DNA of 64,000 nucleotides from Anaerolineae bacterium (GTDB lineage Bacteria > Chloroflexota > Anaerolineae > Aggregatilineales > Phototrophicaceae), in NCBI GenBank assembly GCA_034420985.1, contig DAOUKU010000065.1, positions 99,326 to 163,325 on the forward strand, given 5' to 3'. Below the pieces are notes generated by a model, which was not told the origin of the DNA, did no database searches, and saw only the letters and a list, made by a program, of their open reading frames with translations. Below, one piece after another: positions 8,655-18,184 of the stretch (its first letter is position 1; the number at the start of each line of letters is the position of its first letter). Made by a program: the position numbers and the translations under genes.

Positions 8655-9553
8655 AGGACCTGCATATTGCGCTGGCGCAAGGCCACTGGACTGGCGACCA
8701 AGCTGCAACAATGACGCTCTACCGCGACCTGGTAGCGGAAGCGGCTGGCACAGGCGCGAGCTTGATCTGCCTGCCCGAGTTTACGATATTGCCGTACTTC
8801 CCTGGCGTCCGCGACAGCGCCGGCTACCGTTGGGCGGAAGCGCTGCCGGGCGGCATATCCGAGCGCTTCTTCAGCGAACTTGCGCGGGAGCACGGCGTTC
8901 ACCTCATCGGCAGCATCTTCGAAAAGGACGCGGCTGGCGAGTTTTGGGACACCGCCACATTGCACGACCCGACTGGCGCGCTTTGCGGCTTCACGCGCAA
9001 GGTGCATATCCCTTCTGGCGAGGGCTATCACGAGACCGATTATTTTGGCGGCGCAAGTCAATACCCCGTCCATGACATCGGCGTGGTCAAGCTGGCGGCG
9101 CCGACTTGTTACGACCAATGGTTCCCGGAATTGGCGCGCATCTATGCGCTGGAAGGCGCAGAGCTCATCCATTATCCCACCGCCATCGGCAGCGAGCCCA
9201 CCGCGCGAGATTTCGATTCGGCCGCCGCCTGGCAGCTAGTCATGCGCGGGCATGCTGTGGCCAACGGCCTCTTCATCGCTGCTTGCAACCGCGTCGGGCG
9301 CGAAAATGCCGTGACTTTCTATGGCAGCAGCTTCATCTGCGATCCGCTGGGGACAATCCTGGCGCAAGCCAGCCGCGACCGCGACCAGGTGATTCATGCC
9401 CTGCTGCGCGCCGAAGTTCGCGAGCAATACCTGGCGCTCTTCCCGCTGATGTACCAGCGCAAACCCCAGCATTACGCGCGGCTGCTGGGTGGCGCTGACG
9501 ATACGCCACCGTCGCGCTGGCAGGGGCAATTGACGAGCGAGGCAGAGAGTTGA
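8651..9553 (+). CDS. Carbon-nitrogen hydrolase, N-carbamoylputrescine amidase-like
   Basis: Glu-Lys-Cys triad contexts (LICLPEF, RKVHIP, APTCYDQWFPE). AguB-like block HYPTAIGSEP...GHAVANGLFIAACNRVGRE...FYGSSFICDPLG. 4-nt overlap with the oxidase gene. Confidence 0.85.
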   Translation: MKDLHIALAQGHWTGDQAATMTLYRDLVAEAAGTGASLICLPEFTILPYFPGVRDSAGYRWAEALPGGISERFFSELAREHGVHLIGSIFEKDAAGEFWDTATLHDPTGALCGFTRKVHIPSGEGYHETDYFGGASQYPVHDIGVVKLAAPTCYDQWFPELARIYALEGAELIHYPTAIGSEPTARDFDSAAAWQLVMRGHAVANGLFIAACNRVGRENAVTFYGSSFICDPLGTILAQASRDRDQVIHALLRAEVREQYLALFPLMYQRKPQHYARLLGGADDTPPSRWQGQLTSEAES

Positions 9554-9554
9554 A

Positions 9555-10433
9555 ATGGCGCAGATGGAATTCTTCATCGTCGATGTTTTTACTATCGGAC
9601 GCAAATATACTGGCAACCAGTTGGCTGTCTACCTGGGCAATCCACCCACGGCGCTGATGCAGCAGCTGGCCAAGGAGATCAACTTTTCGGAAATCACTTT
9701 CGTCACTTCGGAGGCGCCGGAAAATGGCGGCTACAACACGCGCATCTTCATGCCCGAAGTGGAAGTCGATTTCGCCGGTCATCCGGTCTTGGGCACTGCC
9801 TATGTCATCCAGCGCGAACTCATCGGCGAGCCGGTCGCCGAGCTGACGCTGAACCTGGCGCTGGGTCCCATCAAGGTGTCCTTCGGCGCGGAGGAAGTGA
9901 TCTGGATGCGACAGCAGGCGCCACGCTTCGGTCATCGCTTCTCCGCCGCGGACCTGGCGCGCGTGCTTAACATCGCTGAAGACGACATCGATTCGCGCTA
10001 TCCGATCCTGGAAGTGTCGACGGGCTTGCCCTTTGTGCTTGTGCCGATAACCTCGTTGGATGCGCTGCAGCGCGCCTGGGTGAATCTCGATCGGTTGCGG
10101 GCGCTGCTGGGCGCTCATGAGGCGATCGGGCCTGCCATCTTCTGCCGCGAGACTCTGCACGGCGAAAATGACCTGCATGTGCGGGTGCTGGACGACATCT
10201 ATGGCGCGCCGGAAGACCCGGCCACGGGCAGCGCCGCTGGCTGCATCGCTGCTTATGCCCTGGAGCATGGTTATATTGCCGGCGATAGACTCAGCCTGCG
10301 CGCGGAGCAGGGCTACCAGATCGGGCGCCCCTCCCTGCTGCACATGGAAGCGTCGCGAGAGGATCAGGAAATCATCATTCGCGTCGGCGGACAAGTTGAG
10401 CTGGTGGCGCGGGGACAGCTGGCTTCCGACTAG
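9555..10433 (+). CDS. PhzF-family isomerase
   Basis: PhzF-type N-terminus (FIVDVFT...YTGNQLAV) and internal duplication. It starts 1 nt after the C-N hydrolase stop. Confidence 0.8.
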   Translation: MAQMEFFIVDVFTIGRKYTGNQLAVYLGNPPTALMQQLAKEINFSEITFVTSEAPENGGYNTRIFMPEVEVDFAGHPVLGTAYVIQRELIGEPVAELTLNLALGPIKVSFGAEEVIWMRQQAPRFGHRFSAADLARVLNIAEDDIDSRYPILEVSTGLPFVLVPITSLDALQRAWVNLDRLRALLGAHEAIGPAIFCRETLHGENDLHVRVLDDIYGAPEDPATGSAAGCIAAYALEHGYIAGDRLSLRAEQGYQIGRPSLLHMEASREDQEIIIRVGGQVELVARGQLASD

Positions 10434-10461
10434 CAATTGAAATCAAGCTGAGGAGCAGAAG

Positions 10462-11433
10462 ATGGACTACCGCATTTTAGGTCGTACAGGCGTGAAGGTC
10501 TCGCCGCTTTGCTTTGGCACCATGTCCTTTGGCGATATCGCCGACGAAGCCGAGTCGGCGCTCATGTTCAAGCGCTGCCGCGAACTCGGCATCAACTTTT
10601 TCGACTGCGCCAACACGTACGCCGGCGGACGCTCGGAAGAGATCCTGGGCGATCTCATCGCCGATTGCCGTGACGAGATCGTGCTGACGACCAAGGTGGT
10701 TTCGCGAACAGGGGATGACATCAACGCCGGCGGCGCCTCCCGCCGACATATTCAAATTGCTGTGGAAGAAAGCCTGCGCCGCCTCAAGACCGACCGCATT
10801 GATGTATATTTCTTGCATCATTACGACCGGGAAACGCCGATTGAAGAATCGCTGCACGCGCTGGATGATCTCGTGCGACAGGGCAAAATCCTTTATCCGG
10901 CTGTCAGCAACTGGGCGGCTTGGCAAGTGGCCAAGGCGCAAGGGATAGCCGAGCGCGCTGGGCTGGCTCGCATCGAATGCGTGCAGCCGATGTACAACCT
11001 GGTCAAACGCCAGGCGGAAGTGGAGATCCTGCCCATGGCGGCAGAGGAAGGCATCGGCGTCATCCCTTACAGTCCGCTGGGCGGCGGCTTGCTGACGGGC
11101 AAATATAGTCCGGAGTCCAAGCCAGACGCAGGCAGGCTGGTCGTAAACGCCATGTACAGCAAGCGCTATGGAGTCGACGATTACTATCGCACAGCTGTCG
11201 ATTTCGCCGAACATGCGCGGGAACGCGGCTTGCAGCCGGCCACGCTGGCGGTGGCTTGGGTGATGGCGCATCCGGCGGTCACGGCGCCCATCATCGGCGC
11301 GCGCAACCTGACGCAGCTGGAGGCATCGCTGGCGGCGCTGGATGTGACGCTGACGCTGGAGTGGTACGCGGAGATTTCGGCGCTTTCGCCAAGTCCGCCG
11401 CCCGCCCATGACCGCTTGGATGAAGTTCGCTAG
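10462..11433 (+). CDS. Aldo/keto reductase
   Basis: AKR motifs (LGRTGVKVSPLCFGTMSFG, INFFDCANTYAGGRSEEILG, IDVYFLHHYD). Confidence 0.9.
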   Translation: MDYRILGRTGVKVSPLCFGTMSFGDIADEAESALMFKRCRELGINFFDCANTYAGGRSEEILGDLIADCRDEIVLTTKVVSRTGDDINAGGASRRHIQIAVEESLRRLKTDRIDVYFLHHYDRETPIEESLHALDDLVRQGKILYPAVSNWAAWQVAKAQGIAERAGLARIECVQPMYNLVKRQAEVEILPMAAEEGIGVIPYSPLGGGLLTGKYSPESKPDAGRLVVNAMYSKRYGVDDYYRTAVDFAEHARERGLQPATLAVAWVMAHPAVTAPIIGARNLTQLEASLAALDVTLTLEWYAEISALSPSPPPAHDRLDEVR

Positions 11434-11536
11434 CGGGCGCGGGCTGTGCTAGACTTGCGGCAAGCATCGTCGAATAGTCGGCAACGGATGAGACTACAGC
11501 GCATCCTGAATCCGCTATAGCAAAGACCTAGCCAAA

Positions 11537-12403
11537 GTGAGGCGAGAAATGAACTTTTCCAGCGCAATTCGGTATCCCTTTGTCAATTTCGCCAAGGTGT
11601 TCAGCATCGTCCTGGTGATGACCATCGCTATGGCCTTGTTCACTGGACTGCTCTTCAATGCCATCGATTTGGAAGGTTCCATCACGGAACTGAGCGCCTG
11701 GGATGGCATCAGCCATTTGGACTTGCCGCCATTTTCATTTAGCGGCAACGCTGTCATGGGCGTGGCTGGCATCATTGGCGTGGCGATTGTCAGCGGCTTA
11801 TGGTTGTCCGGCTACAGCGTATCCGTGCTGCGCGCGTTGATGCAGGGGGAGCGACTTCTTCCCATGATCGCCTTCAGTCGCGACTTCGTGGATGGTATCT
11901 ACTTGTTCTTGGCCAGCCTGGCTTATGGCTTGCTCTTCGTTGTGCTGCTCGTCGTTGAGTTCATCGTGCTGAGCATCGTCGGTCAGCTCGGTTTTCTAGC
12001 TGGGCTCTTCGGCTTGGCGGCATTCGCGCTGAGCATTGCGGCGGTCGCGGTGATGGGCTGGGCGTACTTCGTGGGCATGGCGCGCATGGCGGCGGAGGGC
12101 GACCGGCGGGCGGCTTGGCAATTCCGCTATAACATCGGTATCGCGCGGCAGAACTGGAAGTGGGGCGCTTTCCTGCTGCTCTACATGTTCCTGCTGACGA
12201 TGATTTATGGCGTCTTCAGTTCGCTGGTGGGTAACCTGTTTGGCGGCTTGGTCGGCGAGGCTTACATGACCATATCGATCATCCTCTATTACTTCTTCAA
12301 CCTGATGCAGCACTTCTCGACGCAGCATTTAATCGCACAGTACGCCGAAGCGATTGGCATTGGCGGCGGCAAAGGGAAAATGGGCGAGACGTTGATCGTC
12401 TAG
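11537..12403 (+). CDS. Multi-pass membrane protein (DUF4013-like)
   Basis: About 6 hydrophobic segments. The N-terminus (NFSSAIRYPFVNFAKV) resembles DUF4013. The likely true start is the ATG at 11549. Confidence 0.5.
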   Translation: MRREMNFSSAIRYPFVNFAKVFSIVLVMTIAMALFTGLLFNAIDLEGSITELSAWDGISHLDLPPFSFSGNAVMGVAGIIGVAIVSGLWLSGYSVSVLRALMQGERLLPMIAFSRDFVDGIYLFLASLAYGLLFVVLLVVEFIVLSIVGQLGFLAGLFGLAAFALSIAAVAVMGWAYFVGMARMAAEGDRRAAWQFRYNIGIARQNWKWGAFLLLYMFLLTMIYGVFSSLVGNLFGGLVGEAYMTISIILYYFFNLMQHFSTQHLIAQYAEAIGIGGGKGKMGETLIV

Positions 12404-12858
12404 TTGCGCTTGGATTTGGCACTCAAGTCGGCATGGGAGTCCAGCAAGTGCTTCAGCGCCTCCCACTCGCGCCGCAGCAGGCTCTTTAGCGTCAAATTGA
12501 AGAAGAGGCCAAACCAGAAGAACCAGCGCGTGCGGATTTCCAGACTTTCGCGGATGTTGGTCTGCTGCCCGCGGTGCTCAAAGGTAATGGTCGAAATGAA
12601 GGGAAAGCCCCAGTAGGAGCCTTTGAGTTCGATTTTTTTGTTGCGCTCAAAGTCGGTGACATCGCTGTTGACGAAGCCCTTGCGCCCCAGGATGCGCCGT
12701 GTCATCGCTACCATGGAGCCCGTGCGGATAGGGTCGCCGCTGGTGATGCCGACATTCTGCACATTGCGCCAATGCACATCGTTGTTGAAATCACCAACAT
12801 AGCGAAACACCTGGAAGACCGGGCGGTTGACCAAGACCTGCGTTTCAAATTTGGGCAT
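12400..12858 (-). CDS. SRPBCC (polyketide cyclase/START-like) family protein
   Basis: 152 aa. N-terminus FETQVLVNRPVFQVFRYVGDFNNDVHW is typical of the SRPBCC fold. Confidence 0.6.
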   Translation of the reverse strand: MPKFETQVLVNRPVFQVFRYVGDFNNDVHWRNVQNVGITSGDPIRTGSMVAMTRRILGRKGFVNSDVTDFERNKKIELKGSYWGFPFISTITFEHRGQQTNIRESLEIRTRWFFWFGLFFNLTLKSLLRREWEALKHLLDSHADLSAKSKRN

Positions 12859-12938
12859 GTGGCACCAGCTTTTTCGCGTCGCGCCCGTGATTATACCGCA
12901 TTGCGCCCGCGCGACAAAGCCAGGTCTGATGCGCCTCG

Positions 12939-13790
12939 CTAAGCCACGCCATTGCTCAATAGGTAAAGAAAGACCCAGCTGGCCACCCAGACCAGCGCGT
13001 CGATGCGGTCCAGGACGCCGCCGTGCCCGGGAAAGATATTGAAGCCGGCCACATAGCTGTCCTTGACGCGGAAGATGCGCTTCAGCCCAGACTCGAACAA
13101 GTCGCCACCTATGGCTAGGAAGGGTCCGACCACGATCATGGGCACAAAGCGCGCGTCAAATTCGCCAGCCAGCAGCAGGATGGAGAAGGCTGGTGCCCAG
13201 GCGCACAAGATGCCGCCGATTGCGCCTTCCACCGTCTTGTTGGGCGAGATCAGCGGCGCAAGTTTCGTCCTGCCGAAGATCTTGCCGAATACATAGCCGA
13301 AAGTGTCCGTGCCCCAGGTGATGGCGTAGACCACGAAGAGCCACATCAGACCATCGTCGGGGCGGTTGCGCAAGCTGATCAAGAAGGCGGCCGGGAAAGC
13401 CAAATAGATGATGCCGCAGAGCGTCGTGCCCACCTGCGCCAGCGCGCGCCCAGGCTGTTTTGGCTGCCGCCCGATCTCCAGCGCCAGGGTCAGCGCTGTT
13501 CCCACCGCCAGCGCCAACTGCCACAGCCAGTCGGCGCCGAAGAAGAAGCCTAGCACCACCGCCACCGCCGTCGGGATGCCCGTCAACGAGCTGCCCTGCA
13601 TGGGCGTGTCCTTCTCCATCACGAAGAATTCCAGCATACCAATGCACATCACCGGCAGCGCCAGGCACAGAAAGAGCCAGCCACCGGCTAGCGACGCCAA
13701 CACAGCCACCGGTACGAGCACGCTGGCAGTGATGATGCGGTCACGCAGATTGGTGGATTCCGCGGAGTCGCTGACGAGCCCTTCACGCAT
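12939..13790 (-). CDS. cdsA: Phosphatidate cytidylyltransferase
   Basis: C-terminal CdsA signature (SGLKRIFRVKDSYVAGFNIFPGHGGVLDRIDALVW). Multi-TM protein. Confidence 0.9.
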   Translation of the reverse strand: MREGLVSDSAESTNLRDRIITASVLVPVAVLASLAGGWLFLCLALPVMCIGMLEFFVMEKDTPMQGSSLTGIPTAVAVVLGFFFGADWLWQLALAVGTALTLALEIGRQPKQPGRALAQVGTTLCGIIYLAFPAAFLISLRNRPDDGLMWLFVVYAITWGTDTFGYVFGKIFGRTKLAPLISPNKTVEGAIGGILCAWAPAFSILLLAGEFDARFVPMIVVGPFLAIGGDLFESGLKRIFRVKDSYVAGFNIFPGHGGVLDRIDALVWVASWVFLYLLSNGVA

Positions 13791-13823
13791 AGCGCCCGCC
13801 TCTACAGGCTTTACGGCAACTTC

Positions 13824-14555
13824 TCAGTCAGTATCCGTCGAGTCCTGATTCTTGTCAAGCTGACGCGAGCGCAGGTCCGCCAGCAGCCCCGCCAGGATGC
13901 CAGCCAGCGCGCCAATGATGTAGCCGAGGCGGTTGGGCATATCCGCGCAAAGCAGCGAGGCGGCAGCGGCAGCCAAAGCGCAGGCTAACATAGGGCGGCT
14001 GGTGATGAGCGGCACGACGATGCCAATGAAGGTGACCGTCATGGCGAAATCCAAGCCCCAGTTGGCTGCGTCGCCCAACTGCGTGCCGGCGATGATGCCG
14101 ATGAGCGTCCAGAGCTGCCAGTTGGCGTAAAAGGGCAGCGCCGAGCCCAGGTAGTACCAGTGGCGCATGGCTCGGTCGCTTTCATTTTGATAGCGGCGGA
14201 TGACCACGGCGTAGGTCTCGTCCGTCAGCCAGAAACCCAATGGCAGCAGACGCCGCGCGCCCAAATGCCGCAGATAAGGCGCCAGCGACGCCGCGTACAG
14301 CGCATGCCGCAGGTTGACGATGAAAGTAGTGAAGACAATGAGCGCCAGCCCCGTGCCCTGCACGTACAAGCCTAAGCCGATGAATTGCGCGGAGCCAGCG
14401 AAGATGATCAGCGACATGCCCATGGCGGCGGCCGGTGTTAACGCTCCCTCGCCACTGACCGCCAACGCGCCAAAGACAATGCCAAAGGGCGCAGCGCCGA
14501 CCATCAGCGGGATGGTGTCTCGTGTGCCTCGCGCGAATTCCCGCAGACGGGTCAT
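13824..14555 (-). CDS. azlC: AzlC-family branched-chain amino acid exporter component
   Basis: AzlC-like N-terminus ([26 protein letters not shown]) and a polytopic body. No separate azlD ORF is visible next to it. Confidence 0.75.
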   Translation of the reverse strand: MTRLREFARGTRDTIPLMVGAAPFGIVFGALAVSGEGALTPAAAMGMSLIIFAGSAQFIGLGLYVQGTGLALIVFTTFIVNLRHALYAASLAPYLRHLGARRLLPLGFWLTDETYAVVIRRYQNESDRAMRHWYYLGSALPFYANWQLWTLIGIIAGTQLGDAANWGLDFAMTVTFIGIVVPLITSRPMLACALAAAAASLLCADMPNRLGYIIGALAGILAGLLADLRSRQLDKNQDSTDTD

Positions 14556-14570
14556 CAGTCTGGTTTCCGC

Positions 14571-14598
14571 TTACACATTCGGGCAGATGCGCTATAAT
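14571..14598 (+). promoter_or_regulatory. Candidate sigma-70 promoter for frr (TTACAC-16 nt-TATAAT)
   Basis: TTACAC at 14571..14576 and a perfect TATAAT at 14593..14598, about 70 nt upstream of the frr start. Confidence 0.5.
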
Positions 14599-14666
14599 CG
14601 GGGAAGTTGGCGGCGTGGGCAAGCGCTGATGCTGACGGCTGGGCAAAAGTGAAATGAGTACGCGCT

Positions 14667-15224
14667 ATGATTGAAGACATCCTGGACGAAGCCAACGGCA
14701 AAATGAAATCGACCTTGTCGGTCTTCCGCGACGAGTTGAGCCGCATGCGCAGCGGTCGCGCCAGCACGGCATTGGTCGACAGGCTGATGGTCGAATACTA
14801 CGGGCAGGACAGTGAATTGCGACAACTGGCTAGCATCTCCACGCCGGAAGCCATGCAGATTCTCATCCGCCCCTACGACAAATCCGCCATCCGCAATATC
14901 GAAAAAGCCATCCAAATGTCGGATATCGGCGTCAACCCCAATGTCGATGGCGAGAATATCCGCCTGAATATGCCCGCTCTAACGCGCGAACGCCGCTTGG
15001 AACTGGTCAAGTTTTTGAACCGTCGTATGGAAGACACGCGCGTCGCCATCCGCAACATCCGCCGCTCCGCCAACAGCGATCTGCAGGACTTTGAAAAAGA
15101 GAAACTCATCTCGGAAGATGACAAGAAACGCGGCGAAAGCGAAGTGCAGAAGCTGACCGACAGCTTCATCGCGCAGATCGGCGAGCTGGGCGCGGACAAA
15201 GAAAAGGACATCATGGAAGTCTAG
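14667..15224 (+). CDS. frr: Ribosome recycling factor
   Basis: 185 aa with full-length RRF similarity (RSGRASTALVDRLMVEYYG...LNMPALTRERRLELVK). Confidence 0.95.
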   Translation: MIEDILDEANGKMKSTLSVFRDELSRMRSGRASTALVDRLMVEYYGQDSELRQLASISTPEAMQILIRPYDKSAIRNIEKAIQMSDIGVNPNVDGENIRLNMPALTRERRLELVKFLNRRMEDTRVAIRNIRRSANSDLQDFEKEKLISEDDKKRGESEVQKLTDSFIAQIGELGADKEKDIMEV

Positions 15225-15310
15225 CGACCGTGCGCCATCTGCGAGTCAGCAGTGTATATATACGGTAGCGTCAACGGACAAATGGAGGGACGCCAGCGCG
15301 GGACAGTCCT

Positions 15311-16120
15311 ATGGCGATATTGACCAGACAGAACCATCTTGAGGGGGCGCTAACTGCCCTGCCAGCGTTGAACAAAGCGCCGGCGCATGTCGCCATCATC
15401 ATGGACGGCAACGGGCGTTGGGCGCGTCAGCGTGGCTTGCCGCGCAGTGAAGGGCACCGCCAGGGCACCGAGAACCTGCGCCGCATCATCCGCGCGGCTG
15501 TCGAATTTGGCGTACAGATCCTGACTATCTACGCCTTTTCTACCGAGAACTGGTCGCGCCCCCGCCGGGAAGTCATGCTGCTGATGCGCATTTTGGAAAT
15601 GGTCATCGATCGTGAACTGGCGGAACTGCATGGTGAGGGCGTGCAAATCCGACATATTGGCGAGCTGGCTGGCGTGGAAGAGCGGCTGGCGCGCAAAATG
15701 CTGGCGGCTTGCGAGTATACGCGCGCCAACCGTCGCTTGATCCTCAATGTCGCCTTCAACTATGGCGGTCGCGACGAAATTGTGCGCGCGGTGCAGCAAA
15801 TCGTCCGCGATGGCATCCCGCCCCAGGATATCAGTGAAGCCACCATAAGTGATTATGTCTACACCAGCGACTTGCCCGACCCGGACTTGATCATCCGCAC
15901 CAGCGGAGAATTCCGCCTCAGCAACTTCTTGATTTGGCAAGGCGCATACAGCGAAATCTATACCACAGAGACTTATTGGCCCGATTTCGACCGCGAGCAC
16001 TTCTACGCTGCGCTGGTGGAATACGGCAATCGCCGCCGGCGCTTCGGCAAGACTGACGAGCAGATCGAAGCCGAATATCGCAATGGCAATGGCAACGGCG
16101 CGACGGCGGCTCGCTCCTGA
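15311..16120 (+). CDS. uppS: Isoprenyl transferase (undecaprenyl-diphosphate synthase family)
   Basis: HVAIIMDGNGRWA and RTSGEFRLSNFLIWQGAYSE motifs. Confidence 0.93.
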   Translation: MAILTRQNHLEGALTALPALNKAPAHVAIIMDGNGRWARQRGLPRSEGHRQGTENLRRIIRAAVEFGVQILTIYAFSTENWSRPRREVMLLMRILEMVIDRELAELHGEGVQIRHIGELAGVEERLARKMLAACEYTRANRRLILNVAFNYGGRDEIVRAVQQIVRDGIPPQDISEATISDYVYTSDLPDPDLIIRTSGEFRLSNFLIWQGAYSEIYTTETYWPDFDREHFYAALVEYGNRRRRFGKTDEQIEAEYRNGNGNGATAARS

Positions 16121-17088
16121 TGTGGACAAAACGACTTGGGCGCACCGAGATTCAACTGCCCATCGTGGGCATCGGCACGGCATTCATCGGCATCCCCACG
16201 CAGAACAAGACGGTCGGTGAATACGAAGGCGCGCCCAGCCAGGTTGACCACGAACTGGGCGTCGCGACCATGCTGGCAGCCATCGACGCCGGCTGCATAT
16301 TCTTTGACACAGCCGCGCTCTACGGTCGCAGCGAGAGCGAATCCATCATCGGCGCTGCGCTGCGCCAAGCCCCGCAAGCCAAAGACCGCCTCATCATATC
16401 GACCAAAGCTGGACGCAGGCACGAGGGCTACGACTTCAGCTTTGACGGAGTCCTGCGTAGCGTCTATGCCAGCCTGGAGCGCATGGGCTTGCAGCGCCTG
16501 AAAATCGTCTACATTCACGACGCCATGGGGCAGCCCATGGACTTCGTGCTGTCGCGGGAGGGCGCGCTGGGAGCATTGCGGGATTTGCAGCGGCAAGGCC
16601 TCATCGAGCATATCGGCACGGCATCCAACGACCCAGCCACCAATCTCGAATACATCAAAACTGGCGAATTTGACTGCGCCGTCATCGCTGATTCCTGGAG
16701 TCTCATCAATCAAATCGCCGAGCGCGAGATTTTCACCGCTGCTGCTGTACATGATGTGGGCTTGGTGGCCGCCACACCCCTGGAACGCGGTCTGCTGGTC
16801 ACCGGTCCGCAGGCCAACACGCGCTATCTCAACCGCGTCTTCAGCCAGGATTGCCTCGACCATGTGACGCGGATTCAGCAGCTATGCGCCGACTACGCGG
16901 TGCCGATGTTGGCAGTGGCGCTGCAATGGTGCTCGCGGCATCCGCAGGTGGCTTCGACCATCCCCGGCGCGCGCATCCCGGCCGAAGCCAAATCCAGCTT
17001 GGCCGCCGGCGAACTCGAGATTCCGCCGGCGCTATGGGAGGACTTGCAGCCGCTGCTGCGGCATTTTGATACCGCGATCGCCGTCTAG
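16120..17088 (+). CDS. Aldo/keto reductase
   Basis: AKR-like (FFDTAALYGRSESESIIG, IVYIHDAMG). Its start overlaps the uppS stop. Confidence 0.8.
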   Translation: MWTKRLGRTEIQLPIVGIGTAFIGIPTQNKTVGEYEGAPSQVDHELGVATMLAAIDAGCIFFDTAALYGRSESESIIGAALRQAPQAKDRLIISTKAGRRHEGYDFSFDGVLRSVYASLERMGLQRLKIVYIHDAMGQPMDFVLSREGALGALRDLQRQGLIEHIGTASNDPATNLEYIKTGEFDCAVIADSWSLINQIAEREIFTAAAVHDVGLVAATPLERGLLVTGPQANTRYLNRVFSQDCLDHVTRIQQLCADYAVPMLAVALQWCSRHPQVASTIPGARIPAEAKSSLAAGELEIPPALWEDLQPLLRHFDTAIAV

Positions 17089-18095
17089 GGGGCGCCGTCC
17101 GGCTGCCCCGCGCGCCCGATATCCGCCCAGCCCAGCCCCTGCCGCAGCAAAAAGAACAAACCGCCGGTCACGCCCGGCAGCCAGATCATGATGTGCGCGA
17201 CGATGGCATAGGCTCCAGCCGTCGCCGCAGGCAGGTTCAGCGCTGACAAAATGGCAACGGTGACGAATTCGTTGACGCCGACTTGTCCGGGTGAAGCCGG
17301 GATGACGCCAGCCAGGTTGATCGCGCCACAAATCAAGAGCGCGACGGCATAAGCGTTGTCCAGTTCTAGCGTGAAAGCCTGCATCACCAGCCAGTAAACG
17401 CCGGCTTCAATGCCCCAGGTCAGGAAGGAGCTGATCACCGCGCCCAACAGGTGCAAGGGATTGCGCAGCCCTTCCAAGCCCGCGATGACATCCTCGCTAA
17501 TGCGCTGCAAACTCTCGCCCGGCCGCCCGGGCAGCTGCCGTGCCAGCCAGGTCACCAGCGCACGCAGCAGATTCGGTTTGGCGGCCAGGAAGAGCGCCAC
17601 CAGCATGGCAAGCGTGAAGATGGGCGCCGCCAGCCGCACGATGGCAGCGACTTCGGGGGATTGCAGGTCAATGAAGAGCAAGCCAATGATCGTGAAGGCG
17701 ATCATGACGCAGCCGTCAAAGGCGCGTTCCAGCACGACGATAGTCGTGACGCGCAGGAGCGGCACCTGGTGATTGCGCCGCAGCAGCACGATGCGCAAGC
17801 CGTCGCCTGCCCGCAGCGGATAGACATTGTTGCCCATGTAGCCGATGGCGACCAACTGGCTCAATGCCGCCAATGGCACGAGCTTGACCGCCCGCAGCAA
17901 AAATTGCCAGCGCAGCGCGATGACCACCATGGCCAGGCTGTAGGTCAGCATGGCAACCGGCAGCAGGATCAAGTCAATACTGCCCAGGCTGTCCAGCATC
18001 TGCTGCGGCTGCAGACCGCGGAAGGCAAGATAGCAAAACAGGGCGCTGACCAGCATACCGACAAGGAAAGCCAGGCCTTTGCGATTTGTATTCAT
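17085..18095 (-). CDS. Lysylphosphatidylglycerol-synthase-TM-region-like (UPF0104/flippase-like) membrane protein
   Basis: Polytopic 336-aa protein. Motif ALRWQFLL...IGYMGNNVYPLRAGDGLRI is typical of this family. Confidence 0.7.
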   Translation of the reverse strand: MNTNRKGLAFLVGMLVSALFCYLAFRGLQPQQMLDSLGSIDLILLPVAMLTYSLAMVVIALRWQFLLRAVKLVPLAALSQLVAIGYMGNNVYPLRAGDGLRIVLLRRNHQVPLLRVTTIVVLERAFDGCVMIAFTIIGLLFIDLQSPEVAAIVRLAAPIFTLAMLVALFLAAKPNLLRALVTWLARQLPGRPGESLQRISEDVIAGLEGLRNPLHLLGAVISSFLTWGIEAGVYWLVMQAFTLELDNAYAVALLICGAINLAGVIPASPGQVGVNEFVTVAILSALNLPAATAGAYAIVAHIMIWLPGVTGGLFFLLRQGLGWADIGRAGQPDGAP

Positions 18096-18184
18096 CCGGC
18101 GCTCGCTACCGCAGCAGAATCAAGGCGAAACTTGCGCTAGTCTGGCAGATTGGCTCGCGAATGACCAGTGGAAAGGGCGCTGGC

